DNA from: Marivita sp.
GTDB taxonomy: Bacteria; Pseudomonadota; Alphaproteobacteria; Rhodobacterales; Rhodobacteraceae
DNA length: 64,000 nucleotides
Assembly (NCBI RefSeq): GCF_022763305.1
Contig: NZ_JALEGT010000093.1
Coordinates: 461 to 64,460 of the forward strand
Direction: 5' to 3'
The translations under genes were made by a program, and so were the position numbers. Shown in pieces: positions 57,149-64,000 of this stretch. The notes under the pieces are model-generated. The model did not search any database and had not been told where the DNA came from. It saw only the letters and a list, made by a program, of their open reading frames with translations. Every line of letters begins with the position of its first letter. Within the stretch, counting starts at the first letter, position 1.

Positions 57149-58450
57149 TTACCGGGATGCCTGCTCGAAACGACGCAGCAAGGCATTGCCACGCTCAACA
57201 GCGCTGTCGAGCGCCGCCTGCGCGTCCTTGTCACCCGACCACACCGCTTCGAGCTCTTCGTCGATGATGGTGCGGATCTGGTCGAAGGACCCAAGGCGCA
57301 GACCCTTGGAGTTCGCAGTCGGCTCTTTCGCGGTCATCTGGATCACCGCGATATCGGTGCCCGGATTGGCATCGTAGAAGCCCTGCTCACGGGTCAGATC
57401 TCCGGCTGCGTTCGTGATCGGCAGATAGCCGGTGTCCTGGTGCCACTTGGCCTGGATTTCCGGGCTGGACAGGAAATTCATGAAGGCGGCGACGCCTGCA
57501 TATTCCTCGTCGGTCTGGCCTTCCATCACCCAGAGGGATGCGCCACCGATGATCGTGTTCTGCGGCTCGCTGGCGACAGCCGACCAATAGGGCAGCGGAC
57601 GCACTTCGAAATCGAACTGCGCTTCGGACTTTATGCCCGCATACCCGGCCGACGATTCCGTGAAGAGCGCGCATTCCCCGGCGCGGAAGTTCGCACCACC
57701 TTCGTTGCGACGACCGGCATAGATGAACTTGCCGTCCTGCGCCCATTCGCCCATCGCGCTGATATGTGCCACCTGCGCCGGGCTGTTGAACGCCAGCTCC
57801 GTATCCGTGCCGTCAAAGCCGTTCGATTTTGTTGCAAAAGGCACATCGTGATAGGCCGAGAAGTTCTCGAGATGGATCCAGCTCTGCCATGCGGTGGTCA
57901 TCGGGCAGTCGACACCTGCTTCCTTGAGCTGGTCCAGAACCGTGCCGACCTGTTCCCATGTCGACAGGTCTGTGTCGGGGTCGATGCCCGCTTCCTGCAG
58001 CTTGTCGCGGTTGACCCAGAGCACCGGGGTCGACGAGTTGAACGGCAGGGACAGCATGTCGCCTTCGGGCGACGTGTAGTAACCCGAGACCGAGCTGATG
58101 TATTTCGACTGGTCGAACCCGTCGCCCATCACTTCGTAGACCGGCTTGATGGCGCCCTTGGCGGCCATCATCGTCGCGGTGCCCACTTCGAAGACCATCA
58201 GGATGTCGGGCTGTTCGCCTGCCCGGAAGGCCGCGATCCCGGCATTCAGCGTTTCGGAATAGTTGCCCTTGTGTGTCGCAACCACGGTATAGTCGGATTG
58301 CGAGGCGTTGAAGGTCTCGACCTGCTCGGCCACCAACTCGCCAAGGCGACCGGTGAAGGCGTGCCAGAACTCGATTTCGGTCTGGGCAAACGCGGTCTGC
58401 GCGGAGCCAAGAACGGCCGAGGCGGCAAGGATGCTGATTGTGTGTTTCAT
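57149..58450 (-). CDS. ugpB: sn-glycerol-3-phosphate ABC transporter substrate-binding protein
   Basis: Internal ATG (MKHTISILAASAVLGSAQTAFA signal peptide). TEIEFWHAFTG...NAGIAAFRAGEQPDILMVFEVGTATMMAAKGAIKPVYEVM is UgpB-like. Confidence 0.88.
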   Translation of the reverse strand: MKHTISILAASAVLGSAQTAFAQTEIEFWHAFTGRLGELVAEQVETFNASQSDYTVVATHKGNYSETLNAGIAAFRAGEQPDILMVFEVGTATMMAAKGAIKPVYEVMGDGFDQSKYISSVSGYYTSPEGDMLSLPFNSSTPVLWVNRDKLQEAGIDPDTDLSTWEQVGTVLDQLKEAGVDCPMTTAWQSWIHLENFSAYHDVPFATKSNGFDGTDTELAFNSPAQVAHISAMGEWAQDGKFIYAGRRNEGGANFRAGECALFTESSAGYAGIKSEAQFDFEVRPLPYWSAVASEPQNTIIGGASLWVMEGQTDEEYAGVAAFMNFLSSPEIQAKWHQDTGYLPITNAAGDLTREQGFYDANPGTDIAVIQMTAKEPTANSKGLRLGSFDQIRTIIDEELEAVWSGDKDAQAALDSAVERGNALLRRFEQASR

Positions 58451-58550
58451 GTGGTTTCTCCCTCTTTGACTGAATGACCCGGACGACCAACCGTACGGGC
58501 TTTGCGCTGTCACATCGCGCTTGGTAGAGCGTCCGAGACAAAGTTTTGTG

Positions 58551-59456
58551 TCACGGCCGCTCCACAATGAAGTCGGGCACGATCCCGGCAGCCCTGACGG
58601 CCTCTTCGGCATCGTGACCCGCAAAAAATCCGTATTGCGCGATCAATGCAGAGGCGATGCCCACACTGCGCGCGTCAAGGATATCGGTGTGCAGACTGTC
58701 TCCCACCATCAGGACCCGAGACTGGTCCACGTCCCCCAAACGTTTGAACGCGAGTTCGAAAATTCCCGGGAAGGGTTTGCCGTAGAACTCGGGTACGATC
58801 CCGGTGCGGTCGGCCAGTCTATGTGCGAAATGGCCCGGTTCGATGGAAAAACTGGTTTCCCGTGGCGCGACGATATCCGGATTGCCGACCAGGACAGGGC
58901 GCGGCCGCCGTTCAAGTGCCGCTTCCAGCAGGGCCTGACGGGGTTCGGTCCAGGACATGCTGCCGACAAGCAGAAATCCGTCCACCCGGTCATAGGCCTC
59001 GGGGTCTTCCTCGAGATAGCTCAGCGTCAGATCTTCGAAATCCTGCAAGCCGGTGCTGCGCGTTGCCATGAGACCCCAATGCAGGTCCTCACGGCTCTTC
59101 AGACCGTCCAGCAGCGCCACGCGGCTGGTGATGACGTCCTCGGGCGCAAAATCAAAGCCAAGCCTTGTGTATTTCTCGGTCAGCGCGGCATGCGGAAACC
59201 CGGCTGCATTCGACACGACCAACACGCGTTTTCCGGCTGCCCGAAGATCGTCGATCCGCTCACGCGTCCCCGGAATGGCGGTCTCACCGATATTCAGCAC
59301 GCCGAACGCGTCCAGCAGGAAGACATCGAACCCGTCGGCGATGTCGGCGAGGGTTTCTGCCCGCCTGTGGCGCGCGCCGCTTGCAGCCACCGTCGGCAGA
59401 CGATGCCGGACCGCCTCGTAGGCCTCGAAAGCCTCTTTCGTGGAAATCGTCTTCAC
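58551..59456 (-). CDS. HAD-superfamily subfamily IIA hydrolase
   Basis: FDVFLLDAFGVLNIG (DxxG nucleophile motif) and MVGDSLHTDI. Start is uncertain. GTG 59456 (GAAGG upstream) is preferred because GC3 drops upstream of it. The alternative ATG is at 59573. Confidence 0.75.
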   Translation of the reverse strand: MKTISTKEAFEAYEAVRHRLPTVAASGARHRRAETLADIADGFDVFLLDAFGVLNIGETAIPGTRERIDDLRAAGKRVLVVSNAAGFPHAALTEKYTRLGFDFAPEDVITSRVALLDGLKSREDLHWGLMATRSTGLQDFEDLTLSYLEEDPEAYDRVDGFLLVGSMSWTEPRQALLEAALERRPRPVLVGNPDIVAPRETSFSIEPGHFAHRLADRTGIVPEFYGKPFPGIFELAFKRLGDVDQSRVLMVGDSLHTDILDARSVGIASALIAQYGFFAGHDAEEAVRAAGIVPDFIVERP

Positions 59457-59838
59457 TGGCTCGCCTTCGGGACGTCCACCTTGGGACACCGGCGTCGACG
59501 CTTGGGATGTCGCGTGTGCCAAGGTTCGCTCCTCACGTATCTTGTTCCGGATAACGCTTTGAAAACGCGTCATGAGCGAGCCGGTATCGCACCTGTGTGA
59601 CAGTTGCGTGACGGACGCGGCCTTGCAGACAGGGGCACCGGCCAGAGCAGGACCTGCCATCAAGCGCGCAGAGGGCCACAGCACAGATCCGAAACGCCGA
59701 AGGGCGGACCCGGCGGCGCGAACGTGGTGCGCCGGCGTCCCTGTCGAGCGCCCGAAATGTGACGCCACCTCTCGTGGTGTCATGAGTCCGTCCTCCCGTT
59801 GAGCGGCGTTTCTCGCCGCTTCTTGCTTGGTCTTTACG

Positions 59839-60654
59839 TCACGCTTTCGGCGCGACGATCACCTCCACACTTGCTCCGTCCAGCGCGGTCAGAAGCTCGC
59901 CCTTCGGTCTTGCATCCACCACGATCGAGTTGAGATCGGCCATGTCCCCAACTTGTGCCAAGCCTTTGCGCCCGAACTTGTGCGAGTCGATGAGCAGATG
60001 CCGTTTGGCCGCGCGCGACAACATCATCCGCTTGACCGCCGCAAATCCCCGAACGGTTTCCGATGGGCCTTCGGCGGACAGGCCCGAGGCACCGATCATG
60101 CAGCGGTCAACGTTGAACCGCGCCAGAAACTCGAGCGTTTCGGTTCCGATCAACGCCGATTCCGCCGCCAGATATTCGCCCGGGCACAGCAGAACCTGCG
60201 GAGTCCCGTGTCCAATGGTCATGGCCACCGGGATAGAATTCGTGATCACCGTGCACTGCGTGCCGCGGAACGCCAGCGCCCGGGCCAACTGAATCGTCGT
60301 CGAACCGGAGTCGATCATGACGGTTTCCCCGTCCTGCACCAGTTCGGCTGCTCTCAGCCCGATGCGTTCGCGCTCCTCGATCCAGGCGTTTGCCCGCTCG
60401 TCGAGACCGGGATAATGCCCCTGCGCCGGAGCTGAGGCCCCGCCATGGGCGCGCGCGATAAGCCCGTCATCCGACAGCGCGTCGAAATCGCGCCGCACGG
60501 TTTCCGTGGACACGTTGAACCGGCGCGCAAGCTCGCTGATCCGCACATGCGGCCGCAGCTTCAACTCCAGCAAGATCTGGCGCCGTCGGTCCGATTTCTT
60601 GAGCCGATCCCGGCCCTTTTCCGAACTGGCGTCACGCATTTCAGTGTTCGACAT
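59839..60654 (-). CDS. DeoR/GlpR family transcriptional regulator
   Basis: HTH RRRQILLELKLRPHVRISELARRFNVSTETVRRDFDAL and a DeoR C-terminal sugar-phosphate domain. Confidence 0.9.
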   Translation of the reverse strand: MSNTEMRDASSEKGRDRLKKSDRRRQILLELKLRPHVRISELARRFNVSTETVRRDFDALSDDGLIARAHGGASAPAQGHYPGLDERANAWIEERERIGLRAAELVQDGETVMIDSGSTTIQLARALAFRGTQCTVITNSIPVAMTIGHGTPQVLLCPGEYLAAESALIGTETLEFLARFNVDRCMIGASGLSAEGPSETVRGFAAVKRMMLSRAAKRHLLIDSHKFGRKGLAQVGDMADLNSIVVDARPKGELLTALDGASVEVIVAPKA

Positions 60655-60823
60655 CCATTGCCCCGACTCGAATTCACGCTCAGTTTTGTGGCATTTCCGG
60701 CATTTTGCAATTATATTTGTTGCATAAACCTCGACTTGGTGTTCAGAATTTTACAAACACCACTGAATTTATAGGCGTTAAGATCACCATGCTTTTGCGC
60801 ATCGCTGTCTGGGACAGTCTCAC

Positions 60824-62485
60824 ATGATCAGTCTTGCCGCACATCTCGCGGCAGCTGTCGCGCTGTTGCTTTGGTCGACCCGTCTGATCCGGACCGGCGT
60901 GGAACGCGCCTTCATGCCAGAGCTGAAATCCGGACTGAGAACGCTGTCGGGCAACCGGCTGTCCGCAGCAGCCGGCGGCGGTATTGCTGCCATGCTGATG
61001 CAAAGCGCGACCGCCGTGGCCCTGATCAGCGCCGGCTTCGCCGCATCGGGAATGCTCGCCCCGCACACAGCGCTCGCCCTGCTGTTCGGCGCCGAGCTGG
61101 GCTCGGCGCTGATGACGCGCGTCCTGATCCTGCCGGTCGAAACCGTGCTGCCCTTTGCGCTGCTGATCGGTGTCACCGCATTCTTCAAGGCGCAGACGCG
61201 CAAGACCAAGCAGATCGGGCGGATCATCATCGGGCTTGCGCTGGTCTTCATTTCGCTCGGGATGATCCGCGAGGCGACTGCGCCCATCGGAGACAACGCC
61301 ATCATCCAGAGCATTGCCGCCTATTTCCGGGAGGATCTTCTCAGTGCCTATCTGCTGGGTGCCGCTCTGACATGGGCCATGCACTCCAGCCTCGCAGCCG
61401 TCCTGACATTTGCCACCTTTGCAGCCACCGGCCTGATCGCAGCGCCGGTTGCGGCGGCGCTTGTCATCGGGGCCAATCTGGGCGGCGCGGCCATTCCCTT
61501 TGCGCTGCTCTGGTCGGCGGAACGGCCCGCCCGGCTGATTGCACTCGGAAACCTTGTGGCCCGTGGGGCCATGACCCTGATCTTTCTCGGCGTCCTGCTC
61601 AGCGGGACATTTGACCTGACGCTGCTCGGAGCCAGTTCTGGCCAACAGGCGGTCGCTTTGCACATCCTGCTCAACGCGACCCTGCTCCTGCTGTGCCTGC
61701 CGCTCGTCGGTCCGATCATCCGTTTGGCCCAGGCCACCCTGCCCCGCCATGCGGCCTCCGACTCCACCTCGCTCAGTGCGCTCGATCCCGATGCGCTCGA
61801 TCACCCGCCGCTGGCGCTTGCCTGTGCGCAGCGGGAATTGCTGCGCATGTCGGAAACCGTACAGGCCATCCTGATCCCGGTGATGCAGCTGTTCCGCGGC
61901 TGGGATCCGGAACAGGCCCGCGTCATCGAACGACGCGAGGACGAGGTCGACCGGATGCATTTCGAAACGAAGATCTATGTCTCTCGCCTGCGGGAAACGC
62001 GGCTGCAGCCGGCGCAGGAGAAAAAGACGCTCGAAATCGTGGCGATGGCCAACAGCCTTGAAGAGGCTGCCGACCGCATCGCGGTCAACCTTGTCGCGCT
62101 GGCGCGGAAGATGTCCGACGAAGCCATTACCTTTTCCGACGAAGGCCTGGCTGACATCGCGGATTTTCACGACCAGATCGTCACCAACGGGCAACTTGCG
62201 CTCAGTGTTCTGACAACCGGCGATGCCGAAGCCGCGCGGCAACTGGTTGCCGAGAAAGACCGCATCCGCATCGAGGAACAGAAATTGCAGGAACGTCACC
62301 TCAAGCGCCTGCAACGCGGGGCCATTGCAAGCATCGAAACCACGAACATCCACCAGGAAACGCTGCGCGTGCTGAAACAGATCAATGCCGCCCTGACCTA
62401 TGTCGCCTATCCCATCGCCGAGGAAACCGGCGATCTGCTGGAGAGTCGACTGGCCCGCAAGCGCAGCATCGGAGGATCTGCATGA
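60824..62485 (+). CDS. Na/Pi cotransporter family protein with C-terminal PhoU-like repeats
   Basis: N-terminal multi-TM region (LLWSTRLIRTGVERAF...QSATAVALI) and a C-terminal helical PhoU-like region. 553 aa. Confidence 0.85.
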   Translation: MISLAAHLAAAVALLLWSTRLIRTGVERAFMPELKSGLRTLSGNRLSAAAGGGIAAMLMQSATAVALISAGFAASGMLAPHTALALLFGAELGSALMTRVLILPVETVLPFALLIGVTAFFKAQTRKTKQIGRIIIGLALVFISLGMIREATAPIGDNAIIQSIAAYFREDLLSAYLLGAALTWAMHSSLAAVLTFATFAATGLIAAPVAAALVIGANLGGAAIPFALLWSAERPARLIALGNLVARGAMTLIFLGVLLSGTFDLTLLGASSGQQAVALHILLNATLLLLCLPLVGPIIRLAQATLPRHAASDSTSLSALDPDALDHPPLALACAQRELLRMSETVQAILIPVMQLFRGWDPEQARVIERREDEVDRMHFETKIYVSRLRETRLQPAQEKKTLEIVAMANSLEEAADRIAVNLVALARKMSDEAITFSDEGLADIADFHDQIVTNGQLALSVLTTGDAEAARQLVAEKDRIRIEEQKLQERHLKRLQRGAIASIETTNIHQETLRVLKQINAALTYVAYPIAEETGDLLESRLARKRSIGGSA

Positions 62486-62973
62486 GCAAGGGCAAAGGAA
62501 AGAACAAGGCAAAGGATATTCCTCCCGTCGACCAGATCGCCGCGCTCCCGGTGCACTGGGACAAGACCGGCAAACTTCGGGTCCTCATGGTCACATCGCG
62601 CGACCGCGGACGGTGGGTCATGCCGAAGGGCTGGGAGATGGACGGCAAGAAGCCGTGGCACGCCGCCGAAATCGAGGCCTTGGAAGAGGCCGGGGCCGTT
62701 GGATTCATCTCTGACACACCGATCGGCCACTATCACTATGACAAGCGCCTCGAGAACGGGAAAAAGCTTCCGTGCCGGGTGACGCTCTACCCGATGCTCG
62801 TGGACACGCTCAAGAAGCGCTGGAAAGAACGCAAGGAGCGCAAGCGCCATTGGTTCTCGCCCAAGAAGGCGGCGAAACTGGTTGAGGAAAAGGAACTGGC
62901 CAGCCTGCTCAAGGCGCTCAACGAGCAAAACGACGTGCTTATGGCAATCCGGCAGATGCGCGACGCGGCCTGA
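62482..62973 (+). CDS. Nudix-fold protein with degenerate Nudix box
   Basis: ATGA overlap with the transporter gene. PKGWEMDGKKPWHAAEIEALEEAGAVG aligns to GX5EX7REUXEEXGU. Confidence 0.8.
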   Translation: MSKGKGKNKAKDIPPVDQIAALPVHWDKTGKLRVLMVTSRDRGRWVMPKGWEMDGKKPWHAAEIEALEEAGAVGFISDTPIGHYHYDKRLENGKKLPCRVTLYPMLVDTLKKRWKERKERKRHWFSPKKAAKLVEEKELASLLKALNEQNDVLMAIRQMRDAA

Positions 62974-62986
62974 CGGCTCCGGACAG

Positions 62987-63991
62987 TCAAACCATGTCCA
63001 ACAGCGCCTCGGCCACGCGCGTGCTTGTGGCCAGATGGGTCACAAAGCCCCCGATCATCGCAGCCCGCGCGGGACGCGCCCGCCCTGCCCCCGCCGCAAC
63101 CAGAAGCGCCATGTCCTTGCCGCGCATCTGCTCCAGCGACACTCCGATCATCCGGTCTTCGACCGCCGACAGAACCGGCCGCCCGTCCCCGTCGATCAGT
63201 CGACCGCAGATCACACCAACTGCCCCCTTGGCGCGCTGTGCGGCGATTTCATCCGGTGTCAGGATCCCGCTGCGCACCACATGGGCATCGGCATCGCAGG
63301 TGCCACAGGCCAGAACCGTCTTGTTGCAGGTGGCCAGCGCTGCAAGCTGGTCGCGCACCACCGGCTCATCGCACAGCGCGTCGCGGAGCGCCTTGTTCGA
63401 CAAAACCAAGGGCGCATGAAAGTTGATGCATTCGGCCCCCAGCCGTTGCGCCAGCATGGCCGTGCAGGCCTCGGCTGCAAATCCGAGCGCGGCGGGACGC
63501 GACCCCAGAAGCTGGATCACGGTCAGATCGGGAATCGGTGTCGTGGGCACCTGCTGCGCCATCTGGTACACCGTGGCCCCCCACGAGACGCCCAACCTGT
63601 CGCCCGGTTCCAAAAGGCGGGGCAGCCAGTCGGCGGCGGCGCGCGTCACCCGGGCCACGCTGGCGGCATCATCCTCCCGGTCAACCGGATCGTCCGGCAC
63701 CACCATCGCCTCGATCAGACCATAGGCGGCACACAGTTCTTCTGCCAGCCGGTGCCCCTTGAAGACATCGCTGTCCATATGAACGCGGACCCAGCCCCGG
63801 GCGCGCGCCTCGTTCAGATAGTTGACCACCGATGCCCGGCTGATCCGCATGCGCTCGGCGATCTCGTTCTGGTTCAGCCCGTCATGGTAATAGAGCCACG
63901 CCGCCTCGATATACGGCGCATCGTCACGCAGCGTCACGCGCGGCGTGTCCAGACCCGCACTGCGCGACTTGCCCAAGGCGGACATCGGCAT
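62987..63991 (-). CDS. SorC/DeoR-type sugar-binding transcriptional regulator
   Basis: N-terminal HTH AAWLYYHDGLNQNEIAERMRISRASVVNYL and a C-terminal sugar-binding domain. 334 aa. Confidence 0.88.
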   Translation of the reverse strand: MPMSALGKSRSAGLDTPRVTLRDDAPYIEAAWLYYHDGLNQNEIAERMRISRASVVNYLNEARARGWVRVHMDSDVFKGHRLAEELCAAYGLIEAMVVPDDPVDREDDAASVARVTRAAADWLPRLLEPGDRLGVSWGATVYQMAQQVPTTPIPDLTVIQLLGSRPAALGFAAEACTAMLAQRLGAECINFHAPLVLSNKALRDALCDEPVVRDQLAALATCNKTVLACGTCDADAHVVRSGILTPDEIAAQRAKGAVGVICGRLIDGDGRPVLSAVEDRMIGVSLEQMRGKDMALLVAAGAGRARPARAAMIGGFVTHLATSTRVAEALLDMV

Positions 63992-64000
63992 CCCGGTCCT

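Noticed and set aside
59572-59802. 76-aa plus-strand ORF, and the long N-terminal extension of the HAD hydrolase ORF, in the 59457-59838 gap
   Set aside because: GC3 drops in this region and the translations are Arg/Ala/Pro-rich without motifs. It is more likely promoter/leader DNA between the DeoR and HAD genes.
60743-62512. 589-aa minus-strand ORF
   Set aside because: It is antisense to the Na/Pi cotransporter gene, whose hydrophobic TM pattern is convincing. The translation is R/G/Q/D-rich without motifs.
1-64000. Mobile elements, CRISPR arrays, tRNA/rRNA genes and defence-system genes
   Set aside because: I scanned intergenic regions and ORF translations. No transposase, integrase or recombinase motifs, no direct-repeat/spacer arrays and no tRNA-like cloverleaf candidates were seen in the short gaps. 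None is claimed.

Overview
High-GC alphaproteobacterial chromosome segment; the Rhodobacteraceae-like assignment is an inference from hup/hyp gene order and protein style. It is densely coding. I saw no rRNA, tRNA, CRISPR, transposase or integrase. Content in order: (1) the tail of a [NiFe]-hydrogenase cluster, hupK(partial)-hypA-hypB-hupR-hypC-hypD-hypE. (2) A VOC protein, then a TetR-headed NitT/TauT-type ABC importer with an ATZ/TRZ-type amidohydrolase, a SnoaL-like protein and a PuuE-like deacetylase. (3) A Prx5-type peroxiredoxin whose N-terminus lies in a different frame. (4) A co-directional minus-strand run of about 12.7 kb: RidA, DUF1028, LysR, TMADH-family amine dehydrogenase, PLP decarboxylase, ArgE-like deacylase, N-carbamoylputrescine amidase, and a PotFGHI-like importer with an acetylpolyamine amidohydrolase embedded. 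(5) An aromatic catabolic island. It holds an abm/sdg-like aryl-CoA monooxygenase/reductase cluster split around a 40-bp AT-rich palindrome, then fahA-hmgA-DUF2783-FAD monooxygenase-MBL with a divergent MarR. (6) The most interesting unit is a guanidine-I (ykkC) riboswitch leading an operon. That operon encodes an ABC importer, an N-terminally His-rich extended arginase-family hydrolase, an unrecognisable His-rich 142-aa protein and a 65-aa membrane protein. (7) A FIST protein, a 1320-aa cytoplasmic PAS/GAF hybrid kinase and a LuxR-type response regulator. (8) ugpBAEC, a HAD-IIA hydrolase, a DeoR regulator, a Na/Pi cotransporter translationally coupled to a degenerate Nudix protein, and a SorC regulator. 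Many track ORFs carry spurious N-terminal extensions or are antisense shadows typical of high-GC DNA. Starts were re-picked from RBS position, ATGA-type overlaps and family N-termini.
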